NCBI GenBank assembly: GCA_948528155.1
Contig: CAOSZT010000001.1
Coordinates: 1 to 40,855, forward strand
Source of the DNA: an uncultured Clostridia bacterium
Lineage (GTDB): Bacteria > Bacillota > Clostridia > TANB77 > CAG-508
Direction of reading: 5' to 3'
DNA: 40,855 nucleotides
The notes under the pieces: generated by a model
Databases searched by the model: none
The model's input: the letters and a program-made list of their open reading frames with translations, nothing else
What the model was told of the DNA's origin: nothing
Shown here: one piece after another, positions 28,783 through 37,918 of the stretch
Layout: every line of letters starts with the position of its first letter
How positions within the stretch are numbered: position 1 is the first letter of the stretch
Made by a program: the position numbers and the translations under genes

Positions 28783-29307
28783 ATGAAAAAGATAACAATT
28801 GAAATGGCATGTTCTATCAATGGACTAATTGCTACAGAAGATGGAAATGAAGATTTTCTATCTTTTAGAGGTTGGGAGATAATGCTAGAATTTTTAAAAG
28901 AATATGATGTACTAATATGGGGCAGAAAGACTTGGAAAAATATATTGTCATGGGGAGATGACTATGTAAAGGACTTAAAAGACATAAATATAATTATTTT
29001 AAGTGAAACAAGTAATAATCAAAATGAATTTTCAAATGTTACATATTGCAATTCAATTGAGCATTGCTTAAAAGTATGCGAAAGTTTAAAATATGAAAAA
29101 TTGTTTATTTCTGGTGGTGCAACAATAAATAATGCTTTTATGGAAAAAGGCATAGTAGATAATATAATTCTAAATTATAATCCATTTGTATTAAATAAAG
29201 GAATACCACTATTCAAAGGCAATTATTTTGAAAATAAATTGAAATTAGACAAAGTAGTTAAGGAAAAAGAAGATATAGTACAAGTTCATTATAGTGTAAT
29301 AAAATAA
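28783..29307 (+). CDS. RibD C-terminal/DHFR-like reductase-fold protein
   Basis: 174 aa. The N-terminus MACSINGLIATEDG and ..LIWGRKTW.. ..FISGGATINNAF.. are typical of the RibD_C/dihydrofolate-reductase-like family. Confidence 0.55.
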   Translation: MKKITIEMACSINGLIATEDGNEDFLSFRGWEIMLEFLKEYDVLIWGRKTWKNILSWGDDYVKDLKDINIIILSETSNNQNEFSNVTYCNSIEHCLKVCESLKYEKLFISGGATINNAFMEKGIVDNIILNYNPFVLNKGIPLFKGNYFENKLKLDKVVKEKEDIVQVHYSVIK

Positions 29308-29328
29308 AAATATAGGAGGATACTTGTT

Positions 29329-30183
29329 ATGAAACAAGAATTAGTTAGAATAAATTCAATAGATGGTATTGAACTTCCAGGAATAATATATACTCCAGAT
29401 ATTAATACAAACAAAATAGTTATACATGTTCATGGATTAAGTGGTAACTTTTATGAAAATAGATTTTTAGATAATTTGGCTGAAACCTATACAAATAAAG
29501 GATATTCTTTTTTGACATTTAATAATAGGGGAAAAGATTATATAACTGAGATGCTAAAAGGAAATGAATGTGTGATTTTAGGAAGTTGTTATGAACTATT
29601 TAAAGATTGCATTTTAGATATAGAGGGTGTTATAAATTGGGTAAAATCTCACAACTATACTGAAATAACATTAGAAGGTCATAGTTATGGCTGTAATAAA
29701 GTAATTTATTATTATGATAATAAAAATCAAGATTGTATAAAGAATATCATTTTATTAGCACCATGTGATATTCCAACAGAAATTGAAAATTATACTGGAG
29801 ATATGTATAAAACTTGTATTGATGAATCAAAAAAATTAATTGCAAATAATAGAGAAAATGAATTGATAGATTTTCCTGTATTTGCAAATAAAAAAATAAG
29901 TGCAAAAACTTTTTATACAGATTTTTTATATGAGAGTGATTGTGATTTCTTTAGATATAGAGAAAAGGATACTAAAAGTGAAATATTAAATAAAATAAAT
30001 ATACCAATATTAGTAATATTTGGAGATAAAGATGAGTGTGTTTTAACTGAAACAAAAGATGTAGTTATTAATTATTTAAAGAATAATATTAAAAATTGTG
30101 AAATTAGGATTATAGAAAATACAAATCATTCTTATGACAATAAATATGAAGAATTAGGAAATGTAATAGGAGAAAATATATGA
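29329..30183 (+). CDS. alpha/beta-fold hydrolase
   Basis: Oxyanion region HVHGLSGN, nucleophile elbow GHSYG, and late GDKDE and NHSYD acid/His candidates. Confidence 0.6.
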   Translation: MKQELVRINSIDGIELPGIIYTPDINTNKIVIHVHGLSGNFYENRFLDNLAETYTNKGYSFLTFNNRGKDYITEMLKGNECVILGSCYELFKDCILDIEGVINWVKSHNYTEITLEGHSYGCNKVIYYYDNKNQDCIKNIILLAPCDIPTEIENYTGDMYKTCIDESKKLIANNRENELIDFPVFANKKISAKTFYTDFLYESDCDFFRYREKDTKSEILNKINIPILVIFGDKDECVLTETKDVVINYLKNNIKNCEIRIIENTNHSYDNKYEELGNVIGENI

Positions 30184-30596
30184 ACGATATTAAGGTAATT
30201 CATGCAAATAAATCACATAAAGACTTTTTGATATATGCTAATAGAGTTATTAATAATACTAATGAAACAGAGCAAACTAATGGATTTGAGCTAAATATAG
30301 ATAAAGATTATTTTTGTGGTAGACCAAAATTTCAATGCCTAGTTGCAGAAATGAACAATAAACCAGTTGGTATGATTTTATATTCGTATTTCTATTGGGC
30401 AAATGATGGAGAAGTGTTGTGGATTTCGCAAATGTTTGTTGAACAAGAATATAGAAAATGTGGTGTGTTTTTTAAATTAATAGAGAAATTAAGAGAAGAA
30501 AATGAAGATATAAAAATAGTATCATGTGCTACTGGAGATGAGAATAAGAGAATGCAAAAAATATTAAAATACTATGGTGGACATGAGATAAATTAA
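30180..30596 (+). CDS. GNAT-like acetyltransferase
   Basis: 138 aa with motif-A-like VEQEYRKCGVFFKLIEKL. ATGA overlap with the upstream gene. Confidence 0.5.
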   Translation: MNDIKVIHANKSHKDFLIYANRVINNTNETEQTNGFELNIDKDYFCGRPKFQCLVAEMNNKPVGMILYSYFYWANDGEVLWISQMFVEQEYRKCGVFFKLIEKLREENEDIKIVSCATGDENKRMQKILKYYGGHEIN

Positions 30597-30622
30597 AAAT
30601 TTTATTATAAGAAGGTGTAGTT

Positions 30623-31375
30623 ATGAATTTTAAAGATAAAGTATTTTTAATAACAGGATCAACTTCTGGAATAGGGCAAGGAATTGCAAAAGAACTATTA
30701 GAACAAGGAGCAAAAGTTGTCATTAATTATGCACACAATGAAGAAAATGCAGAGGAAACTAAAAAATTATTAAAAGAATATCAAGATAGAACTTTGTTTA
30801 TAAAAGCAGACATATCAGAAGAAAAAGCAGTTATAGATATGTATAAAAAAATAGAAGAGAAATTTAATAAATTAGATGGATTAGTAAATAATGCTGTTTA
30901 TGACAAAATCTTTTCAATAGAGGAATTGCCAGTAGAAGAATATAGAAAAGAATTAGAAGTAAATGTTATTGCAAGATGGATGTGTATAAAGTATGCTATT
31001 CCATTATTAAAAAAGTCTAATATGCCTAGAATTATAAATATAGCATCAAGATTAGGAACAAAACCAATGGAAGATTCTATTGCTTATTGCACAAGTGAAG
31101 CAGCGACTATAATGCTTACACAATGTTGTGCATTGGAATTAACAAAAAAATATAATATAAAAACAAATACAGTAAGTCCATCAATGACATTGACACCATT
31201 TGCTAAAAAGAGTTATACAGAAGATGAAATAAGACAAACAGCAATGAAAAATCCAAGTGGTAGATTAGGCGAAGTTGAAGATACAGTAAATGCAGTATTA
31301 TTTTTATTAAGTGAAAAAGCAAATTATATAAATGGAGAAAACCTTAATGTTAATGGTGGTATATTATTAGTATAA
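30623..31375 (+). CDS. short-chain dehydrogenase/reductase with a YxxxE in place of the catalytic YxxxK
   Basis: TGSTSGIGQGIA cofactor motif and NNAV. The active-site stretch reads AYCTSEAA (Tyr 31085-31087, Glu 31097-31099) where SDRs have YxxxK. Confidence 0.7.
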   Translation: MNFKDKVFLITGSTSGIGQGIAKELLEQGAKVVINYAHNEENAEETKKLLKEYQDRTLFIKADISEEKAVIDMYKKIEEKFNKLDGLVNNAVYDKIFSIEELPVEEYRKELEVNVIARWMCIKYAIPLLKKSNMPRIINIASRLGTKPMEDSIAYCTSEAATIMLTQCCALELTKKYNIKTNTVSPSMTLTPFAKKSYTEDEIRQTAMKNPSGRLGEVEDTVNAVLFLLSEKANYINGENLNVNGGILLV

Positions 31376-31394
31376 AATAGATTGGGGAAAATAT

Positions 31395-32183
31395 ATGATA
31401 GATATTGCAAAAGCAAAAATTGCTTTCAAGGATTTTTTAGATGAATATGAAGATAAAAGTGATTTAGGATTTGAATTAAAAATAGTACATACTTATCATG
31501 TTGCAGAAAATGCAAAGAAAATTGCACAAGAATTAAAACTAAGTAAAGAAGATATAGAATTAGCTGAACTTATAGGGATATTACATGATATAGGAAGATT
31601 TGAAGAATTAAAAATTACAAAAGAATTAAATAGTGTTAAGTTTGATCATGCAGGACATGGCTCAAAGATGTTATTTGAAAAAGGTATGATTAGAAAATTT
31701 ATAGAAGATAGACAGTATGATAATATAATAAAAAAAGCAATAGAAAATCATAGTAAATTAAAAATTGAAGAAAATTTAGATGCAAGAACTTTATTACATT
31801 CTAAAATAATAAGAGATGCAGATAAAATAGATAATTATAGAGTAAAGAAAGATGAAAAAGTAGAAGCAATATTTCCTAAAAGAGTAAATAAAAAAGAAGA
31901 TATGGAAGAATCTAAGCTGTCAGATAAAGTCTATAATACTATTTTAGATAAAAAATGTGTTGATATACATGATAGAGTAACTCCATTAGATTTTTGGGTT
32001 TGTATATTAGCTTTTACATTTGATTTAAATTTTGATGTATCATATAAAATAGTAAAAGAAAATGACTATATAAACGTATTAATAGATAGATTTCAATACA
32101 AAGATGAAGATACTAAAAATAAAATGGAAGAAATAAGGAAAAGCATAAATGAATTTATAGATGAAAAGATAGACTTAACATAA
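31395..32183 (+). CDS. HD-domain phosphohydrolase
   Basis: HTYHV...ILHDIGRFEE...FDHAGHG...IRDADKIDN. Confidence 0.65.
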   Translation: MIDIAKAKIAFKDFLDEYEDKSDLGFELKIVHTYHVAENAKKIAQELKLSKEDIELAELIGILHDIGRFEELKITKELNSVKFDHAGHGSKMLFEKGMIRKFIEDRQYDNIIKKAIENHSKLKIEENLDARTLLHSKIIRDADKIDNYRVKKDEKVEAIFPKRVNKKEDMEESKLSDKVYNTILDKKCVDIHDRVTPLDFWVCILAFTFDLNFDVSYKIVKENDYINVLIDRFQYKDEDTKNKMEEIRKSINEFIDEKIDLT

Positions 32184-32200
32184 TTTTTAGAAAAACGAAT

Positions 32201-32229
32201 TTGACAAAAATAAAATGATATGTTAAAAT
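32201..32229 (+). promoter_or_regulatory. near-consensus sigma-A promoter
   Basis: TTGACA (32201-32206), a 17-nt spacer, then an extended -10 TGtTAAAAT (32221-32229). It lies about 165 nt upstream of the next ATG. Confidence 0.6.
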
Positions 32230-32396
32230 AAAAACTATAATTTAAGAGTTTATCTAGGTTTATAAAGAACTGAGCGATAAAGAGCAACTAAAATACAAAT
32301 AGTTGCTTACACTTAAAAGATGAGATTAACAAGTCTTGCAAAGGAGTCTTAAAAGATTCTTTTGTGAGGCTTTTTATTATGAAGGGAGACGAAATT

Positions 32397-32951
32397 ATGG
32401 GAATAAAAATTCAAACTACATCAAATGATTTAATTTTAATTAGAAAAGTAAGAAATGATGATGCAAAACAATACATTGAACTTATAAATTTTGTTTGGAG
32501 AGATGCCTACAAAAATATTTTCCCAGAAGATGTATTTATTGATAGAGAAAGAGAAAAAGAAAATAGGATTAAAGATTTTTCTGAAAAGTTCTACAATGAT
32601 AATAAGAGATTATGCTATGTTGCTGAATGTAATGGCGTAATTGTCGGTGCAATAAATGGTACAATAAAATCAACATATGAACATTTTTTAGAAGATGATT
32701 TTGCTGATCTAGTTGCATTATATATAAATCCAAATTATCAAGGAAAAGGAATAGGTACAAAATTAAAAGATATTTTTGAAGAGTGGGCAAGAAAAAATGG
32801 TGCTAAAAAATATATAATTGGAGTTTTGAAAGATAATAATAATGCTCGAAGAATATATGAAAGTTGGGGTGGAAAACTTGATAATTGGGAACAGAAATTT
32901 TATAAATTAGGTGTAGGATATGATGAAGTTTTTTACAGATATAATTTATGA
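32397..32951 (+). CDS. GNAT-family N-acetyltransferase
   Basis: Motif A INPNYQGKGIGTKL. ATG 32397 lies 8 nt after AGGGAG. In-frame alternatives are 32379 and 32364. Confidence 0.7.
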   Translation: MGIKIQTTSNDLILIRKVRNDDAKQYIELINFVWRDAYKNIFPEDVFIDREREKENRIKDFSEKFYNDNKRLCYVAECNGVIVGAINGTIKSTYEHFLEDDFADLVALYINPNYQGKGIGTKLKDIFEEWARKNGAKKYIIGVLKDNNNARRIYESWGGKLDNWEQKFYKLGVGYDEVFYRYNL

Positions 32952-32998
32952 AAATTATAAATTTATTTAATAAGATTTATTAAGAGGGGATGATTGAA

Positions 32999-33562
32999 AT
33001 GCCAAAGTTTATACTAATAATTGGACCACAAGCAGTTGGAAAAATGACAGTAGGTCAAGAATTGGCAAAAATAACAGAATATAAATTATTTTATAATCAT
33101 ATGACAATAGAAATGGTTAGATTAATAGTTGATTATGACAAAAAAGCATATCAAAGAATGAATCAACTTATAAGATATGAAGTATTTAAAGAATTTGCAA
33201 AAAGTAGTGAAAAAGGAATAATTTTTACAGGCTGTTTTGATTTTGGCAATGATTTTGAAGAAGAAAAACAAGAAACAGATAGATGGATGAGTTTGTTTGA
33301 AGAAAGTTATGTAATAGAATTAGAAGCATCTTTAGAAGAAAGATTAAAAAGAAATAAAACTAATAACAGATTAGAACACAAAGCATCTAAAAGGGATTTA
33401 GAATGGAGTGAAAATGATTTAATAAAATCAATGACAAAACATAAACTTAATTCTGAAGCAGGAGAAGGAGAAAAAATATTTAAGAATTACATAAAAATTA
33501 ATAATGAAAATTTATCAGCTAAAGAAGTAGCAACAATAATAAAAGAAAGATTTGATTTATGA
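32999..33562 (+). CDS. P-loop NTPase / small-molecule-kinase-like protein
   Basis: Walker A IIGPQAVGKMTVG. About 187 aa. ATG 32999 lies 9 nt after AGAGGGG. Confidence 0.5.
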   Translation: MPKFILIIGPQAVGKMTVGQELAKITEYKLFYNHMTIEMVRLIVDYDKKAYQRMNQLIRYEVFKEFAKSSEKGIIFTGCFDFGNDFEEEKQETDRWMSLFEESYVIELEASLEERLKRNKTNNRLEHKASKRDLEWSENDLIKSMTKHKLNSEAGEGEKIFKNYIKINNENLSAKEVATIIKERFDL

Positions 33563-33575
33563 GGAGGAAGAAATA

Positions 33576-34040
33576 ATGCAAATAACAATAGAAATTCCCC
33601 AAATAGAAGATTGTAATAGAGTAAATGAATTAGCAAAACAAGTTCATGAATTACATGTAAATTGGAGACCAGACTTATTTTTAAGTGTAGATGAAGTAAT
33701 TAGTAAAGAAAATTTTGAAGAAATGCTACAAGCAAAAGAAATATTTATAGCAAAAATACAAGATGAAATTGTAGGGTATATTACTTTTAATATTAAAGAA
33801 AAAAATAATCCTAGTATGAGATATAGAAAACAATTACAAATTGAAGCAATATGTGTAGATGAAAAAACTAGAGGAAAAGGAATAGGAACACAGTTATTAA
33901 AATATGTAAAACAATATGGGAAAGAAAATGATTGCACAGATATATATTTAACAGTAAATGAAGAAAATGCAAGTGCAATAAAGATGTATGAAGAATTTGG
34001 ATTTAAAGTAAAAAGTATAGCATATTCAATGCAAATATAA
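33576..34040 (+). CDS. GNAT-family N-acetyltransferase
   Basis: Motif A VDEKTRGKGIGTQLL and a C-terminal MYEEFGFKV. ATG 33576 follows GAGGAGG. Confidence 0.7.
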   Translation: MQITIEIPQIEDCNRVNELAKQVHELHVNWRPDLFLSVDEVISKENFEEMLQAKEIFIAKIQDEIVGYITFNIKEKNNPSMRYRKQLQIEAICVDEKTRGKGIGTQLLKYVKQYGKENDCTDIYLTVNEENASAIKMYEEFGFKVKSIAYSMQI

Positions 34041-34057
34041 AAAGGGAGTTGGTAAGA

Positions 34058-34621
34058 ATGAAATATTTTAAAAAATTAATAGGAGAAAGAATATATTTGT
34101 CTCCAATGAGTATAGAAGATGCAGAAAAATACGTAGAATGGCTTTCTGACTTTAAAGTAACAGACGGAGTAGGAAGCAGTAGTAATTTAATGACAATGGA
34201 AGATGAAAAAACATGGATTATGAATGAATCAAAAAATAGTGATTTAAATTTTGCAATTGTAGATTTAGAAAAAGATGAACTAATTGGAAATTGTAGTTTG
34301 AAGGATATTAGTTATAAAAATAGAATTGGAACAGTTGGAATATTTATAGGAGATGAAAATAATAGAAGTAATGGATATGGAACAGAGGTACTAAGACTAT
34401 TATTAGATTATGGGTTTAATTATTTAAACTTAAATAATATAATGCTAACAGTAAAATCTTTTAATGAAAGAGCAATTAGATGCTATGAAAAAGTAAGATT
34501 TAAAGAATTTGGTAGAAGAAGGGAAAGTTATTTTTTAAATGGCAAATATTATGATGATATACATATGGATATTTTAGTAAATGAATTTAAAGGAAACTAC
34601 ATTAAAAATAAAAACATATAA
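34058..34621 (+). CDS. GNAT-family acetyltransferase (RimJ/RimL-like)
   Basis: IYLSPMSIEDAEKYVEWLSD..NRSNGYGTEVLRLLLDYGF..CYEKVRFKEFG. ATG 34058 lies 9 nt after AAGGGAG. Confidence 0.7.
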   Translation: MKYFKKLIGERIYLSPMSIEDAEKYVEWLSDFKVTDGVGSSSNLMTMEDEKTWIMNESKNSDLNFAIVDLEKDELIGNCSLKDISYKNRIGTVGIFIGDENNRSNGYGTEVLRLLLDYGFNYLNLNNIMLTVKSFNERAIRCYEKVRFKEFGRRRESYFLNGKYYDDIHMDILVNEFKGNYIKNKNI

Positions 34622-34628
34622 TGAATAA

Positions 34629-34666
34629 AGTATATAACATTTAATTTGTTATATGCTTTATTTTTT
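34629..34666 (+). terminator. rho-independent terminator
   Basis: Stem AGTATATAAC/GTTATATGCT (one G:U pair) followed by TTATTTTTT. Confidence 0.6.
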
Positions 34667-34722
34667 AGAAAATCTATGGTAGAATGAGGGCAAGTAATAT
34701 ATATAATATGGAGGAAAATATA

Positions 34723-35595
34723 ATGATAGATATACATATGCATACGATATATTCAGATGGAGATAAGACAGTAAGAGAAGTATTAAAAATGTGTGAAGAA
34801 AGAAAATTAGAATATATATCAATAACAGATCATGATACTTGTAAGCAATATGAAGATGAAGCATTAAAAAATAATAAAATTTTTAGTGGTAAGATTATAA
34901 AGGGAACAGAATTGCATGCAGCATTTCAAAATAAAAATATAGAAATATTAGCATATAATATAAATCCAAGTACCATAAATGAATGGTGCGAGAAATATTA
35001 TTCTGAAGATAAATTAAAAGAACAACAAGAGATATGTCGTAGGAGATTATTTGATATATGTGATAAACATGGACTTATATATGATGAAAGCAAGATAAGA
35101 AAGCCCAAAAAAGCATCAGAATATGTAGAAAGACCAATTTACGAAGAAGTAATAGCACATAAAGAAAATTATAAAATATTAGGAGAATTTACAGAAACTT
35201 TTAGTATATTCTTTAGAAAAGGTTTAGCAAACCCAGATAGTAGTTATTTTATGAATCATATAGAATTTAGACCGAAGTATAAAGAAGTAATAGATATTAT
35301 TCATAAAGCAGGAGGAAAAGCATTTTTAGCACATCCATTTGAATACAAATTTGAAGATACAATTGGATTTATAAATGATTTAAGAAAAGAAGCAGAGTTA
35401 GATGGAATAGAATGCTTCCATCCATCATCAGCAGATGATAATAAAAAGGATATTTTAGTGGAATATGCTAGAAAAAATAATTTATATATTAGTGGTGGAA
35501 GTGATTATCATGGAAATCCAAAACCAGATATAGAAATAGGTATTGGAAGAGGTAATTTAAACATTTCTAAAGAAATAATAGAAGAATGGTTATAG
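34723..35595 (+). CDS. PHP-domain metal-dependent phosphoesterase
   Basis: IDIHMHTIYSDGD at the N-terminus, later ITDHD, AHPF and GGSDYHG. ATG 34723 follows GGAGGA. Confidence 0.7.
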   Translation: MIDIHMHTIYSDGDKTVREVLKMCEERKLEYISITDHDTCKQYEDEALKNNKIFSGKIIKGTELHAAFQNKNIEILAYNINPSTINEWCEKYYSEDKLKEQQEICRRRLFDICDKHGLIYDESKIRKPKKASEYVERPIYEEVIAHKENYKILGEFTETFSIFFRKGLANPDSSYFMNHIEFRPKYKEVIDIIHKAGGKAFLAHPFEYKFEDTIGFINDLRKEAELDGIECFHPSSADDNKKDILVEYARKNNLYISGGSDYHGNPKPDIEIGIGRGNLNISKEIIEEWL

Positions 35596-35606
35596 GAGAA
35601 ACAAGA

Positions 35607-36092
35607 ATGGAAAAACCAATAAGAAAAGCAGTGAGATGCTATTTAATAAAAGATAATAAAGTAGTAGTTACAAAATATAAAAAAGGTAACAGAAAAGAAG
35701 GATACTATGATATACCTGGAGGGAAAATTGAAGATGGAGAAATTCCAAAACAAACAGCTATAAGAGAAATGAAAGAAGAAACAGGAATAGATATTAAAAA
35801 CTTGAAATATAAGGGAATTATGACAATAGAATACCCAGATAGAAAATTTGTATTTGACGTTTTTATTTCAAATGAATATGAGGGAAAACCACAAGAATTT
35901 GAAGAAAATACATCTGAATGGATAGATATTAAAGAATTACTACAAAAAGAAACAATATTGTCTAATATAATGATTTTAGATAGATTCTTTATAAAAGGTT
36001 TAATTGATGACAATTATAATTTTAGTATGAATATTGTAGTAGACGAACAAGAGAATATATTAGATGTAGATTATAGTTTGGAGGAAAAATAA
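35607..36092 (+). CDS. Nudix hydrolase (MutT-like)
   Basis: Nudix box GKIEDGEIPKQTAIREMKEETGI. ATG 35607 follows AGGAGA. Confidence 0.75.
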   Translation: MEKPIRKAVRCYLIKDNKVVVTKYKKGNRKEGYYDIPGGKIEDGEIPKQTAIREMKEETGIDIKNLKYKGIMTIEYPDRKFVFDVFISNEYEGKPQEFEENTSEWIDIKELLQKETILSNIMILDRFFIKGLIDDNYNFSMNIVVDEQENILDVDYSLEEK

Positions 36093-36661
36093 TGAGTGAA
36101 GTCGCAGAAAAGATAAAACAAGAATTATTACTTAGATGTGAAAAGTCAAAAGAAAAAGATGGATATGATTTCTGGAATGAACATATAAAATATGTAGTTG
36201 AAAATGCACTAAAATTAGCAAAAGAATATGGAGCAGATGTTGAAATAGTAGAATTAGGAGCATTATTACATGATATAGCAATGCCATCAGAGTATGGTGA
36301 AAGAGAACAACACAATATTTATGGAGCAGAAATTGCAGAACAATTACTAACAGAATTAAATTATCCAAAGGAAAGAATAGAACATGTTAAAAATTGTGTA
36401 TTAAATCATAGAGGAAGTAAAGATAGACCAAGAAACACAATAGAAGAACAATGTGTGGCAGATGCAGATGTAATAGCTCATTTTGATTGCATACCATCAT
36501 TATTTTCTTTAGTTTATAAAGAAATGAATTTGTCTATAACAGATGGAAAAGAATATGTTAGAAAGAAATTAGAAAGGGACTATAATAAGTTAAGTCCAAG
36601 AACTAGAGAAATATTAGAAGATAGATATAGAAATATAATAGATGTATTGTTTGTTAATTAG
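36092..36661 (+). CDS. HD-domain phosphohydrolase
   Basis: WNEHIKYV...ALLHDIAMP...NHRG...DADVIAH. TAATG overlap with the upstream gene. Confidence 0.65.
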   Translation: MSEVAEKIKQELLLRCEKSKEKDGYDFWNEHIKYVVENALKLAKEYGADVEIVELGALLHDIAMPSEYGEREQHNIYGAEIAEQLLTELNYPKERIEHVKNCVLNHRGSKDRPRNTIEEQCVADADVIAHFDCIPSLFSLVYKEMNLSITDGKEYVRKKLERDYNKLSPRTREILEDRYRNIIDVLFVN

Positions 36662-36679
36662 AAATAGGAGTAAATAAAA

Positions 36680-37225
36680 ATGGGAAAAGTATTAAAAGTA
36701 AGAGAAGTTGGAGATCCAATATTAAGTACAAAATGTAAAGAAGTAGATATAAAAAATATTAATCAAGAAATATTAGAAGAAATTGAAGATTTAAAGGAAA
36801 CATTAAACTTTACAGAGGGTTTTGGAATTGCTGCACCACAAGCAGGGATAGATAGAAGAATAGTAATAATTCAAGTAAATAAAGAAAAATGTACATATAA
36901 AGATTGTGAAGAAGTACCAACTACAGTAATGATAAATCCAATATGGAGAAAACTATCTGAAGAAACAGAAAGTGAATTTGAAGGCTGTTTAAGTGTTCCT
37001 TCAATTAGAGGAAAAGTAGAGAGATACACAAATATTGAAGTTACATATTATAATGAAAAAGGCGAAAAAGTTATAAAACAAGTAAAAGGATTTACTGCCA
37101 GAGATATACAACATGAATGCGATCATTTAGATGGAATAGTATTTTTAGAAAAAGTAAAAGAGCATAAAGGATTTGCAACTAAAGATATGATAAATAAATT
37201 TAATTTAAAAGAAGAAAACGAATAG
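36680..37225 (+). CDS. def: peptide deformylase (probable paralogue)
   Basis: All three PDF motifs are present: GFGIAAPQ, EGCLSVP and QHECDHLDG. Confidence 0.85.
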   Translation: MGKVLKVREVGDPILSTKCKEVDIKNINQEILEEIEDLKETLNFTEGFGIAAPQAGIDRRIVIIQVNKEKCTYKDCEEVPTTVMINPIWRKLSEETESEFEGCLSVPSIRGKVERYTNIEVTYYNEKGEKVIKQVKGFTARDIQHECDHLDGIVFLEKVKEHKGFATKDMINKFNLKEENE

Positions 37226-37242
37226 ATAGGATGGAATGTATA

Positions 37243-37893
37243 ATGGAGAATAAAATAAAAAACTTACTTCGATTCTATTTACTAGCAACAGAGCTTAAGG
37301 ACAAAATCAGAAGTGGATGGAAAGTATGGAATATAGATAGACAAAGAGTAGAAAGTGTCGCAGAACATATTTACGGTACATGTATTTTAGCAATATCAAT
37401 AGATTCTCAATTTGAATTAGATATTGATTTATATAAAGTAATAATAATGCTTGTATTACATGAAATAGAAGAAATTAAAATAGGAGATTTAACACCATTT
37501 GATAAAGTTACAAAAGAAGAAAAAAGGAAGATAGGAAGACAAGCAGTAGAAGAAGTGTTAAGCACTTTAGATAAAAAAGTACAATACATAGAATTAATAG
37601 AAGAATTTGAAAACATGAAAACAAAAGAATCTATTGTTGCAAAAATGTGTGATAAATTAGAGGCAGATATACAATGTAAATTATATTGCGAAGAAAAGTC
37701 TATTGATATAAATAAAAAAGAAAATGCAGATCTTCTTAAAGACTCCAGAATTCAAAAATTATTAAATAATGGAGAAAAAACAGTTGCAGATTTATTTATT
37801 GAAAATGATAGACCAATATATACAGAGAAAATATTTGAGGAAATAGCAAATTATATAAAAGGTAATGATTTATTAAATTTAAAGAAAGAATAG
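37243..37893 (+). CDS. HD-domain 5'-nucleotidase-like protein (YfbR-like)
   Basis: RVESVAEHIYGTCILA...LVLHEIEEIKIGDLTP. An alternative start lies at 37231. Confidence 0.6.
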   Translation: MENKIKNLLRFYLLATELKDKIRSGWKVWNIDRQRVESVAEHIYGTCILAISIDSQFELDIDLYKVIIMLVLHEIEEIKIGDLTPFDKVTKEEKRKIGRQAVEEVLSTLDKKVQYIELIEEFENMKTKESIVAKMCDKLEADIQCKLYCEEKSIDINKKENADLLKDSRIQKLLNNGEKTVADLFIENDRPIYTEKIFEEIANYIKGNDLLNLKKE

Positions 37894-37918
37894 TAATATT
37901 TGTGAGGAGAAAAATTAT

